DNA of 64,000 nt from Bacteroidota bacterium (GTDB lineage Bacteria > Bacteroidota > Ignavibacteria > UBA10030 > BY39), in contig JAUXOG010000085.1 in assembly GCA_030682385.1 (NCBI GenBank), forward strand, positions 696 to 64,695, read 5' to 3'. Position 1 is the first letter of the stretch; every line of letters begins with the position of its first letter. Positions 19,815 to 28,569 of the stretch are shown in pieces. The translations under genes and the position numbers were made by a program. The notes below the pieces were generated by a model. That model searched no databases. It saw only the letters and a list, made by a program, of their open reading frames with translations, and was not told where the DNA came from.

Positions 19815-19852
19815 TTTTGTTGTATTATAACATTTGTAATAACAAAAGTCAA
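19815..19852 (-). promoter_or_regulatory. Sigma70 promoter of the TA pair overlapped by an inverted repeat (likely autoregulatory operator)
   Basis: TTGACT (19852-19847)-N17-TATAAT (19829-19824); TTTTGTT...AACAAAA inverted repeat spans 19815-19847. Confidence 0.7.
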
Positions 19853-19881
19853 CATCCCCCCAGTCATCACATAATTTAGGA

Positions 19882-21327
19882 TTACTTCTTCAACACAAAA
19901 CTGAATCGGCTTCCCTTTCCAACTTCGCTCTCGACTTCAACCTTGCTGCCGTGTGCTTCTACGATGTGTTTAACAATTGCGAGTCCTAGACCTGTGCCGC
20001 CTACTTCGCGCGAGCGGGCTTTATCAACTCGGTAAAAGCGTTTGAAGATATGTTGAAGGTGCTCTTCGGGTATCCCGCATCCGTTATCAATCACAGAAAC
20101 ACGAACACCCTCTTCACTTTTTTCAGTGCTAATTGTTACCTCTCCCCCTTCCACCGTATATTTAACCGCATTATCTACAAGGTTAATAACAACTTGTTTT
20201 ATTCTATCTTTATCTCCGTAAACTTCAGCCCCGCCGTCATCGGAAACAACTTTTGCACGAATTTGTTTAGGTTCAAAATGTGCCTGCATTTCATTTACAG
20301 TTTGAGTGATTAGTTCATTCAACTTAAAATATCTGAAGCTCATTTTCATATCGCCCGATTCAATCCGAGAAATTTCTATTAAATCGAACAACAGTGCATC
20401 AAGTCGCTTAGCATTATTCAATGCTTTATTCAGAAAATCTTTATTAACATTAGAATCGTTGATAGCGCCATTTAATAAAGTTTCTATCGAAGCTTGAATC
20501 GCAAAAATTGGAGTTCGAAGTTCGTGCGACACATCGCCTAAAAATTCTGTCCTCACTTGTTCTAGCTTTTTCATCTGCACAAGATCATCGTTTAATTTAT
20601 CGACCATATTGTTTATCGTTTCAGCTAATTTCCCAAATTCATCTTGTGCGCGAACCTGTATCCGTTTATCTAAATTCCCACCTCTAATTTCTACGGCTGC
20701 AACTGATATTTCATTAAGTGGTCGTGTAAGTGTTTTTGATATAAAGAATGCCATCACAATTATAATCAAGAGAACTACGGCGCTAATAAAAAATACTTTG
20801 CTTTGAATATTTCCGAGTAAATGATTTATATCAGTTGACGATAATCCTACTCTAATAAAATAAATTTCCGACTCCAATCCTTCCACTTTCAGCGGTTCAT
20901 CAATTTTTTTTGCTATGTAGATCATCTCTTCGTTTAGTGTTGCGCTTCGCCTCTGAACCTGCCCTTTGCCACTCTTTGCGGCTTCGATAATTTCAGGTCG
21001 GTTAAGATGATTTTCGCACAGCGGTATTTGGCTTCGATCTATTTGTGAATCAAACAGAACTACTCCATTGGCTGATATTAGAGTCAAACGAACATTTGCT
21101 AAATCTGATAGTTTCTTGTAATACTCATAAGAAAATTTATTATCCGGCAGAGAAAGCGAAAGATTTTTTAAGTTATATTCAACCTGATCAATTTGCGTAT
21201 CAAGTTCATAAATCACCCTCTCTTTGAAATAACTTTCTAATTCATTTGTTATGAAATATCCAGCACTTGAGAGAATGATAATCGAAAGACTTATAAAGAA
21301 TAAATAAATTTTGGTTTGAACTCTCAT
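19882..21327 (-). CDS. phoR: PhoR-like sensor histidine kinase (HAMP-HisKA-HATPase)
   Basis: ENHLNRPEI periplasmic motif, two TM helices, HAMP, VSHELRTP H-box, NLVDNAVKY, DNGCGI, FYRVDKARSREVGGTGLGLAIVKH; pst cluster nearby. Confidence 0.8.
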   Translation of the reverse strand: MRVQTKIYLFFISLSIIILSSAGYFITNELESYFKERVIYELDTQIDQVEYNLKNLSLSLPDNKFSYEYYKKLSDLANVRLTLISANGVVLFDSQIDRSQIPLCENHLNRPEIIEAAKSGKGQVQRRSATLNEEMIYIAKKIDEPLKVEGLESEIYFIRVGLSSTDINHLLGNIQSKVFFISAVVLLIIIVMAFFISKTLTRPLNEISVAAVEIRGGNLDKRIQVRAQDEFGKLAETINNMVDKLNDDLVQMKKLEQVRTEFLGDVSHELRTPIFAIQASIETLLNGAINDSNVNKDFLNKALNNAKRLDALLFDLIEISRIESGDMKMSFRYFKLNELITQTVNEMQAHFEPKQIRAKVVSDDGGAEVYGDKDRIKQVVINLVDNAVKYTVEGGEVTISTEKSEEGVRVSVIDNGCGIPEEHLQHIFKRFYRVDKARSREVGGTGLGLAIVKHIVEAHGSKVEVESEVGKGSRFSFVLKK

Positions 21328-22010
21328 TCAATTTCTTTCAATCTATAGCCAACACCTTTAATAGTTTCAATATAATCTCCATACTTGCCGAGTTTTTCAC
21401 GAATTTTTCTAATATGAACATCCACAGTCCGTTCGAGAACATACACATCGCTTCCCCAAATTGTATTTAAAAGAGTTTCACGATTAACGACACGCCCTGC
21501 CTGCTGTATCAAATATAGCAATACTTCAAATTCCTTTTTAGGAAAAAAAACTTCGTTATTGTTTACCTTCACGATGTGTTTCGTTTGGTTGATTAGAATT
21601 GCACCAATTTGTATTTCCTCTCTCGGGGAAATATTTTTATCCTCAAACCGTTTCAAAACAAGTTTTATCCGTGCTAATAATTTTGGGATGCTTACGGGTT
21701 TCACAATATAATCATCTGCGCCCAACTCCAAACCTACAATCTCATCAACTTCTGAACCCTTTGCAGTTAAAAATATTACCGGTAAGTTTTCTGTAAATTT
21801 TTGTTTTCTAATTATTTTTATAACATCGAAGCCATCAATTTCGGGCAACATTATATCTAAGAGAATCAAATCGGGCTGGTGTTTCGACAGCTCAATTGCC
21901 CTCTTCCCATCATAAGCAGTGAGTACTTGATAACCTTCTTTCGTTAAATTATACTTCAGAAGATCGACAATATCTTTTTCATCATCAACTACTAAGATTT
22001 TTTTGATCAT
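21324..22010 (-). CDS. phoB: PhoB/PhoP-like OmpR-family response regulator
   Basis: ILVVDDE, LILLDIMLP, GADDYIVKP, RTVDVHIRKIREKL, TIKGVGYR; overlaps the kinase gene. Confidence 0.8.
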   Translation of the reverse strand: MIKKILVVDDEKDIVDLLKYNLTKEGYQVLTAYDGKRAIELSKHQPDLILLDIMLPEIDGFDVIKIIRKQKFTENLPVIFLTAKGSEVDEIVGLELGADDYIVKPVSIPKLLARIKLVLKRFEDKNISPREEIQIGAILINQTKHIVKVNNNEVFFPKKEFEVLLYLIQQAGRVVNRETLLNTIWGSDVYVLERTVDVHIRKIREKLGKYGDYIETIKGVGYRLKEIE

Positions 22011-22434
22011 ACTTTAATTTATTTTTTGAAGTGTGATATATTAAGATCGTAAACAACATTAACCCAATATCTTCCCAAAAGCGCATCCAACTCAACGGCG
22101 AACTGTTGGGACCAAAGCATCCGCAATCAATCGTAAGTCCGCGCAGTAAACTAACTGCGATGATAATCGAAAATGCAGCAAACAAACTTGCTGAAAGTAT
22201 TGCGCTACCACGAAGCATAACTCCGACAATTAAAAATATTCCGATAAGCAATTCGGCCCACGGAATAAGTAATGCAGTAAGGTTTATTAATATTGTCGGG
22301 ATTAACTGATAGGCTTCAATAGATTTGGCGAAGGAGGAAGGGTCGGCGATTTTGGGAATTGCTGCAATTATAAGAACGAAGCCCACCGCTAATCGAAATA
22401 CGAAAAGGAGATATTTATTACTTAGTATCTTCAT
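21985..22434 (-). CDS. MauE/DoxX-family membrane protein
   Basis: AAIPKIADPSSFAKSIEAY, PWAELLIG, GLTIDCGCFG. Confidence 0.82.
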   Translation of the reverse strand: MKILSNKYLLFVFRLAVGFVLIIAAIPKIADPSSFAKSIEAYQLIPTILINLTALLIPWAELLIGIFLIVGVMLRGSAILSASLFAAFSIIIAVSLLRGLTIDCGCFGPNSSPLSWMRFWEDIGLMLFTILIYHTSKNKLKYDQKNLSS

Positions 22435-22949
22435 TGCTTCACCTCAAGCGGAAGGTTTTGTGCGTTCCATACTTCTATACCATCGTGATAGAGAAATATT
22501 CTTGTGAAGTTCATTCCTTTTAAAAACTGAGATAAATTTTTACTCAACTCGCAATGAATTCCTTCGCAATAAATAATTATAAGAGTATCGCGCGGAACCG
22601 ACTGTAAAGTTTCAACATAATTGAATACATCGAGGAATGGAATATTTATCGCGGTTGGTATGTGACCTTTGATGTAAGTTTCTGAATTTCTTGCATCTAT
22701 TATCAGAGCGTTGCCGGTTTTTAAAATCTGCTTCATCTGATCGGTCGTTACAATCACATTCGTTGCTGTGTCGGAATATATATGAGAAAATAAAACCGAA
22801 TCACTTGCAACTTTTAACTTTTCAGATGTCTTAAATAATGGAATGCCTTTCCCTGAAAAATAATTATAAACGAGTGCAATGACAACACTGAAAAGAACGA
22901 TTGAAAGTATTTCGCTCAGGGTTGATTTATTCTTTAGGGAACCAAACAT
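22431..22949 (-). CDS. Membrane-anchored rhodanese-like domain protein
   Basis: N-terminal TM; IIDARNSETYIKGHIPTAINIP; YCEGIHC loop; GIEVW. Confidence 0.82.
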   Translation of the reverse strand: MFGSLKNKSTLSEILSIVLFSVVIALVYNYFSGKGIPLFKTSEKLKVASDSVLFSHIYSDTATNVIVTTDQMKQILKTGNALIIDARNSETYIKGHIPTAINIPFLDVFNYVETLQSVPRDTLIIIYCEGIHCELSKNLSQFLKGMNFTRIFLYHDGIEVWNAQNLPLEVKQ

Positions 22950-23869
22950 TCGAATCTATCCCCCTCTTTAATTTTAAAACCACGTAAAAATTCTTCAGCG
23001 TTTAAACGGCGTTTGCCCTCTAATTGCAGTTCAAGAATTTTTATAATTCCATCCTTCGCAGCAACCACCAATTTCTTATCGGCATCGATTACAACACCAG
23101 TGGGTTTACCCGTATGAACATTTTCTTCAACTGTCTTATAAATTTTGACCATCTTTCCGCTTAAAAAAGAAAACGCACACGGAACAGGTGAGAGCCCGCG
23201 AACAAGATTATGAATCTGACAGGCGTCTTTGTTCCAATCAATCCTGCAATGTTCTTTAAATATTTTTGGCGCCGGAGTGGCTAACGTGTTATCCTGTGGC
23301 TTCGGGTTTGCTTTTCCGACTTCGATTAAACGAACGGTGTGCAGCACAATTTCAGCCCCTATTTCAGCAAGCCGGTCGTGTAACTCGCCGGCAGTTTCGT
23401 TTTCCTTAATTGGTAAGCGGGCTTGCAAAATAACGTTACCGGTATCCACTTTTTCCTGTAGAAAAAAAGTTGTTACGCCGGTCTCCTTTTCACCATTAAT
23501 TATTGCCCAATTGATAGGAGCCGCACCGCGGTACTTCGGCAGCAGAGAAGCGTGTAAATTAAAAGCACCAAGTTTCGGTATAGTAAAAACTTCCCTCGGG
23601 AGGATACGGAAAGCAACTATAACAAACAGGCCGGCATTCAATTCTTTTAATTGAGAGATAAAGTTTTCGTCTTTCAACGATTCAGGTTGCAGGACTTTTA
23701 AGTCCTTCTTCAAGGCAAACTGTTTTACTGCAGAAAAAGCCAAAGCTTGTCCTCTCCCCTGAGGTTTATCAGGAGTTGTAACAACTGCCGCAACATCGTA
23801 AGAATTTTCTAACAACAAACTTAAACTGGGGATCGCAAATTCGGGAGTCCCCATAAATATAATTCGCAT
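22934..23869 (-). CDS. fmt: Methionyl-tRNA formyltransferase
   Basis: MRIIFMGTPEFA, NLHASLLPKYRGAAPINWAI, next to def. Confidence 0.97.
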   Translation of the reverse strand: MRIIFMGTPEFAIPSLSLLLENSYDVAAVVTTPDKPQGRGQALAFSAVKQFALKKDLKVLQPESLKDENFISQLKELNAGLFVIVAFRILPREVFTIPKLGAFNLHASLLPKYRGAAPINWAIINGEKETGVTTFFLQEKVDTGNVILQARLPIKENETAGELHDRLAEIGAEIVLHTVRLIEVGKANPKPQDNTLATPAPKIFKEHCRIDWNKDACQIHNLVRGLSPVPCAFSFLSGKMVKIYKTVEENVHTGKPTGVVIDADKKLVVAAKDGIIKILELQLEGKRRLNAEEFLRGFKIKEGDRFECLVP

Positions 23870-23900
23870 TTCGCTTTCAGTTTAATCGAATTTATGTTCT

Positions 23901-24458
23901 TTATAAAATGACTCTTTGTGTAGTTACGACGGGATATTTTGTGGCAACATCGCCGTTCTGAATTTTTTCGATTGCTTCTTTTAATTCTTGCTTCTTCGAC
24001 TTAGTCAAATAATCAACGAACAAAACACCGTTCAAATGATCCAGCTCGTGTAGAATTACCCGTGCTAATAAATCTTCAGCTATTAATTGTTGTTCCTGAA
24101 ATTTAATATCCCGGAAATTTACAACAATCTTTTGGGGTCGCTCAATTTCGCCTCGCACGTCCGGAACACTCAAACAACCCTCCTCCATAGTGCATTTTCC
24201 TTCTTCAGAAATCACTTCAGGATTGATAAGGGCGAATGGTTTTACATTTTCATATTCTTCGAGACAAGAAATATCTACTACGATTATCCGTTTCAAAACG
24301 CCAACCTGATTAGCCGCCAACCCGATACCGTCGGCGCTGTGCATCGTCTCGAACATGTCCATTATGAACTTCAGAGTTGCATCATCTATTTTAGAAACCG
24401 GTTTCGCCTTTTTTCGAAGCGGCTTTGTGCCATCTAAATATATGGGTAATACTGACAA
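23901..24458 (-). CDS. def: Peptide deformylase
   Basis: GIGLAANQVG, EGCLS, HELDHLNG motifs; TTG start. Confidence 0.96.
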   Translation of the reverse strand: MSVLPIYLDGTKPLRKKAKPVSKIDDATLKFIMDMFETMHSADGIGLAANQVGVLKRIIVVDISCLEEYENVKPFALINPEVISEEGKCTMEEGCLSVPDVRGEIERPQKIVVNFRDIKFQEQQLIAEDLLARVILHELDHLNGVLFVDYLTKSKKQELKEAIEKIQNGDVATKYPVVTTQRVIL

Positions 24459-24516
24459 AAATTTTTTCCTTTGATAATATTTCTTTTAGCTGTTTTTTAA
24501 ACTTCTATAGCGATAT

Positions 24517-24726
24517 TTAGGCAAATACCAAACGTCCTTTAGGTTCGGGAATAGTGCGGCCTAATTCCGCAGCAGTTTCAAGCCATTCATTAATGACCAT
24601 TTCGACATTTGCTAAGGCTTCATGATATGTTGACCCATCTGCTGCACAGCCCGGTAACTCTGGAACTTCAGCTATAAACGCTTCGTCTTCTTTGCTCCAA
24701 TAAATTATTACTTCATATTTGATCAT
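24517..24726 (-). CDS. hicB: HicB-family antitoxin (short)
   Basis: YEVIIYWSKEDEAFIAEVPELPGCAADG.T..EAL...WLETA...GRTIPEP. Confidence 0.88.
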   Translation of the reverse strand: MIKYEVIIYWSKEDEAFIAEVPELPGCAADGSTYHEALANVEMVINEWLETAAELGRTIPEPKGRLVFA

Positions 24727-24976
24727 TTTCTACTCCTAATCTGTATTTTAAAATAAGGTTACGAACTTGTTTTACCTGATACGGTTTTGAATTTGTTCCT
24801 CTTGGCTGTATGTTAATAATTTCCTCGATACCAGATTTAGTAAAGATATGATGACTTCCTCGAATTCGTTCTTCAAAATTCAAATTACGCAATAAGTGGC
24901 ATAACTCACTAAAATTAATGTTCGCATCGGAAGTACCACTTAGGATTTTTAGAATAATCTTGTTTTGTTTACTCAT
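24713..24976 (-). CDS. hicA: HicA-family toxin
   Basis: RIRGSHHIF, INIQP..KPYQVKQVR; overlaps hicB. Confidence 0.85.
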   Translation of the reverse strand: MSKQNKIILKILSGTSDANINFSELCHLLRNLNFEERIRGSHHIFTKSGIEEIINIQPRGTNSKPYQVKQVRNLILKYRLGVENDQI

Positions 24977-25018
24977 TTAACAGTTAAAGTTAAAATAAAT
25001 ATAAAAATTTATACAACA

Positions 25019-25630
25019 CTATTCAACTACTCTCCTCGCACCCACGTATCTTTTTTTATAATATGTACTTTGCATAGATGATATCGTAACTCCGAAAGAA
25101 CGACTCGCATGAGCAAATAAATCATCACCTAAATAAACTCCAACGTGTGAAGGATTACGGCCGGTTGTATTGAAAAAAACCAAGTCGCCAAATGCTAAAT
25201 CGGTTTTTGGAACCGATGACCCAACACGATATTGTTCGTCGGTTGAACGTGGTAATTTAACACCGAAAGATTTTTCAAATATTTGGCAGGAAAAACTGGA
25301 GCAATCGATTCCATTCGAATCGTTACCGCCGTAAGAATACGGAGTACCAATTAAACTTAAAACTTCGATTAATACTTTGTCACGCCCGATACGTTCGGAA
25401 CTTCTCGGTTGTGTAGATTTGAGTATTTGGTCTTTTACCGATGGTATATCAACCTTGCGGTCATCTTCTGCAGATTCTTCGCTTGCAAAACGGAATTCTT
25501 TGTTCGTATCCTTTTCCTCTGCCGCTCGAAATTCCTTTGCCTTGAATCGCGGGTCAGAACTTGAACACGCAAAAAAAAGAAATGAATTACCAATTATTAA
25601 AATCGAGATAAATATTTGTTTACAAGTCAT
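25019..25630 (-). CDS. NlpC/P60 (C40) peptidase lipoprotein
   Basis: FFAC lipobox; GTPYSYGG..GIDCSSF, GDLVFF, HVGVY, FAHAS. Track start 25675 lies inside the rpoD terminator. Confidence 0.88.
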   Translation of the reverse strand: MTCKQIFISILIIGNSFLFFACSSSDPRFKAKEFRAAEEKDTNKEFRFASEESAEDDRKVDIPSVKDQILKSTQPRSSERIGRDKVLIEVLSLIGTPYSYGGNDSNGIDCSSFSCQIFEKSFGVKLPRSTDEQYRVGSSVPKTDLAFGDLVFFNTTGRNPSHVGVYLGDDLFAHASRSFGVTISSMQSTYYKKRYVGARRVVE

Positions 25631-25644
25631 CAAATAATCCACAG

Positions 25645-25672
25645 TAAAAATTAAAGCCCCAAATAGGGGCTT
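25645..25672 (-). terminator. Intrinsic terminator after rpoD
   Basis: Minus strand AAGCCCC-TATTT-GGGGCTT followed by TAATTTTT, 6 nt after the stop codon. Confidence 0.7.
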
Positions 25673-25678
25673 CAAATA

Positions 25679-26536
25679 TCATCCTAAATAAGAACGTAAG
25701 TGTTTGCTGCGAGAAGCATGCCGCATTCTTCGGATAGCTTTTTCTTTTATCTGCCGGACACGTTCGCGTGTTAGTGCAAATTTTTCGCCTATCTCTTCTA
25801 AAGTCAACGAATGCTCTCTGCCTAATCCGAAATACAACCGGATTACTTCCGCCTCTCTGTCGCTCAATGTATTCAGTGCGCGTTCGACTTCTTTACTGAG
25901 CGATTCTTTCATTAATTCCTGATCGGGCATAGGGGTTCTCTCGTCTTGGATAACATCCAACAGACGGCTTTCTTCACCTTGAACAAATGGCGCATCCATC
26001 GAAACATGCCTGCCCGAAATTTTCAAAGTGTCAGCAACTTCATATAGCGACATATCTAATTCTTCGGCTAACTCGCTTGCACTCGGCTCGCGTTCAAATT
26101 CCTGTTCCAACGTGCTGAACGCCTTGCCTATTTTATTCAATGCACCGACACGATTCAAGGGTAACCGAACAATTCGTGACTGCTCGGCTAAAGCTTGCAA
26201 AATTGATTGGCGAATCCACCACACAGCATAGGATATAAACTTAAATCCGCGTGTCTCATCGAAACGTTTTGCAGCTTTAATCAAACCTAAGTTTCCTTCA
26301 TTGATCAAATCACCAAGAGATAATCCTTGATTTTGATATTGCTTTGCTACACTTACAACAAAACGTAAGTTTGCTTTAGTTAATTTCTCAAGAGACTTTT
26401 GATCGCCTTTTTTTATCCGGCGGGCAAGTTCGATTTCTTCTTCTTGATTCAGTAAATCTACTTTTCCAATTTCCTGTAAATATTTATCCAGGGATTGGCT
26501 TTCTCTATTTGTGTATTGTTTAGGTATTTTACCCAT
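25679..26536 (-). CDS. rpoD: Primary-type sigma70 factor, short Bacteroidota/Chlorobi form lacking region 1.1
   Basis: [10 protein letters not shown] (1.2), [33 protein letters not shown] (2), [15 protein letters not shown] (4.2). Confidence 0.85.
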   Translation of the reverse strand: MGKIPKQYTNRESQSLDKYLQEIGKVDLLNQEEEIELARRIKKGDQKSLEKLTKANLRFVVSVAKQYQNQGLSLGDLINEGNLGLIKAAKRFDETRGFKFISYAVWWIRQSILQALAEQSRIVRLPLNRVGALNKIGKAFSTLEQEFEREPSASELAEELDMSLYEVADTLKISGRHVSMDAPFVQGEESRLLDVIQDERTPMPDQELMKESLSKEVERALNTLSDREAEVIRLYFGLGREHSLTLEEIGEKFALTRERVRQIKEKAIRRMRHASRSKHLRSYLG

Positions 26537-26572
26537 TCAATTACCTTATATTATTAGTCAAAATTTATTTTT

Positions 26573-26854
26573 TTATTTTAGATATTCTTTATTCACATCT
26601 ATACGGTCAACGATACCAACAATTGTTGCATCGACGGGCGCCATTTCTGCCGGAAGTGGGATTGTAGCTTCTCGTGCTGTAATGTAAAAAACTGTTTCGC
26701 CCGGACCGGCACCGATAGTATCGACAGCTACAATAGGGTCTCCGGCTTTTTCGCGATGAGCATTCAGTGGCTGAATGAACTGAAGCTTGAAACCTATCAT
26801 ATTCGGGTCTTTCTGTGTTCCCCAAATTGTGCCTATTACTTTTGCAAAAAACAT
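26573..26854 (-). CDS. EutN/CcmL-family microcompartment pentamer (BMC-P) protein
   Basis: AKVIGTIWGTQKD, VAVDTIGAGPGETV, PVDATIVGIVD. Confidence 0.9.
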   Translation of the reverse strand: MFFAKVIGTIWGTQKDPNMIGFKLQFIQPLNAHREKAGDPIVAVDTIGAGPGETVFYITAREATIPLPAEMAPVDATIVGIVDRIDVNKEYLK

Positions 26855-27126
26855 CAGTTCTCTTCGATATCTAATTTATCTACAACTGCCATAATTACAG
26901 CATCAACAGGTTTGTTTTTTGTTAAAGTCGTTTGCCGGGCAGAACTACCGCTGCAAACTAAAACAATATCTCCGATTCCTGCTTGAACTGTATCGACAGC
27001 TACTAAAAAAGTATCTTTAACTTTGTAATCTAAACCAATATGTTTTACAATTTGCAACTTGAAACCAACCAGCTCCTCGTCCTTACGAGTTGCCCAAACA
27101 GTTCCAACTACTTTTCCAAGAGTCAT
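26854..27126 (-). CDS. EutN/CcmL-family microcompartment pentamer (BMC-P) protein
   Basis: GKVVGTVWATRKD, VAVDTVQAGIGDIVLV.SGSSAR, PVDAVIMAVVD. Confidence 0.9.
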   Translation of the reverse strand: MTLGKVVGTVWATRKDEELVGFKLQIVKHIGLDYKVKDTFLVAVDTVQAGIGDIVLVCSGSSARQTTLTKNKPVDAVIMAVVDKLDIEEN

Positions 27127-27135
27127 AATATTTAA

Positions 27136-28326
27136 TTATTTATTAATTAATGAATGATAAAAGCTTGTACCACTTATTTGCGATGAAGAATCATCGAGTT
27201 CAAAAATTTCTCCGATGGTTTTAGCTAAATCGGCAAACGAACTTCGTGTACCTAAATCGTTGCCGACTTTATTATCCGGTGAATAACAAAGTATTGGAAC
27301 ATACTCACGCGAATGATCGGTGCTCGGAGTAATAGGATCGTTGCCATGGTCTGCTGTGAGTATTAACCAATCGCCGTCGCTCAAAGTTTCCGCAATTTTA
27401 GGTAAAGCCAAATCAAATTCTTCGAGGGCTGCAGCAAAACCTACCGCATCGTTCCGATGACCGTATAATTGGTCGAAATCAACTAAATTCGCGATAATTA
27501 GACCCGGCTTATATTTTTTACTCTGTTCAATTATCGAACGTACACCTTCAGCATTGGATTTAGTGTGAATAATTTCGGATAATCCTCTTCCGGCAAACAA
27601 GTCGTCAATTTTTCCGATACCCACAGTTGGAATATTTTTTTTTTTTAAAATATCCAATAAAGTATTACCGTGTGGTTCTAAAGAAAAATCGCGTCTGTTT
27701 GCAGTACGTTTATAATTACCCGGATGACCAGCGAATGGGCGTGCAATTATACGTCCGACCGAGTGTTTACCGACACAAACTTTCGTTCTCGTTATTTCAC
27801 AAATTTCATAAAGTCGTTCGAGCGGTATAGTTTGCTCGTGTGCTGCAATCTGAAAAACAGAATCTGCCGATGTGTAAATAATCGGAAAACCTGTCCGCTG
27901 ATGTTCTTCACCTAAATCGTTAATTATAACTGTACCTGAAGCTGCAGTATCGCCTAAATATCCTTTCGTGTCTGTTGCCGATAAAAATCTTTCCAATAAA
28001 TCATCAGGAAATCCGTTGGGGTATGTAGGAAACTCTTTTTCCGTAATTACACCCAATAATTCCCAATGCCCTGTGGTGCTGTCTTTACCTTTCGACTTTG
28101 CCGCCATTTTTCCAAAGGAAGCATCCGGTTGTTCAGCCGGCGGTACAAACTTAATTGGTATAATATTCCCCAGACCAAATTTTTGTAAATTCGGCAACTT
28201 GAGGCTGGCAACATTGGCAGCTAAATTAGCGAGTGTGTTGCTGCCTTCATCCTTATACAAATTTGCATCCGGTAATTCGCCTACACCGACTCCGTCAAGG
28301 ATAACAAGAATAACCTTTTTATGCAA
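27136..28326 (-). CDS. deoB: Phosphopentomutase
   Basis: VILDGVGVGELPDA, GKDSTTGHWE, YTSADSVFQIAAHE, DFDQLYGHRND, TADHGNDP..TDHSREYVP. Confidence 0.95.
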   Translation of the reverse strand: MHKKVILVILDGVGVGELPDANLYKDEGSNTLANLAANVASLKLPNLQKFGLGNIIPIKFVPPAEQPDASFGKMAAKSKGKDSTTGHWELLGVITEKEFPTYPNGFPDDLLERFLSATDTKGYLGDTAASGTVIINDLGEEHQRTGFPIIYTSADSVFQIAAHEQTIPLERLYEICEITRTKVCVGKHSVGRIIARPFAGHPGNYKRTANRRDFSLEPHGNTLLDILKKKNIPTVGIGKIDDLFAGRGLSEIIHTKSNAEGVRSIIEQSKKYKPGLIIANLVDFDQLYGHRNDAVGFAAALEEFDLALPKIAETLSDGDWLILTADHGNDPITPSTDHSREYVPILCYSPDNKVGNDLGTRSSFADLAKTIGEIFELDDSSSQISGTSFYHSLINK

Positions 28327-28339
28327 GGTTTATCCTGGA

Positions 28340-28534
28340 CTAAGAATAAACCTCTTTTTCGTTGCACTTACAAATCTGAAGACGTTTTTGATTGAATTTC
28401 CAAGAGCCTGTATTTGCTAACATGCTCGATATAACCAAAATCGGTTCAGTGATAGATTCGCATTTCGGACATTTACGTCCACGTTGTTTTGCAGCTTTTG
28501 CAGCTTTGTCAGCAAATGATTGTTGTTTTGCCAT
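28340..28534 (-). CDS. Small basic Zn-ribbon-like protein (64 aa)
   Basis: Strong AGGAG SD; CPKC and CKC motifs; Lys-rich N-terminus; in strand with its neighbours. Confidence 0.75.
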   Translation of the reverse strand: MAKQQSFADKAAKAAKQRGRKCPKCESITEPILVISSMLANTGSWKFNQKRLQICKCNEKEVYS

Positions 28535-28569
28535 TTATAATTTTCTCCTATTAATATTTCTTATGTTAT

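Noticed and set aside
24517-24976. HicAB as a novel system
   Set aside because: Ordinary, widespread type II TA pair; listed as features only.
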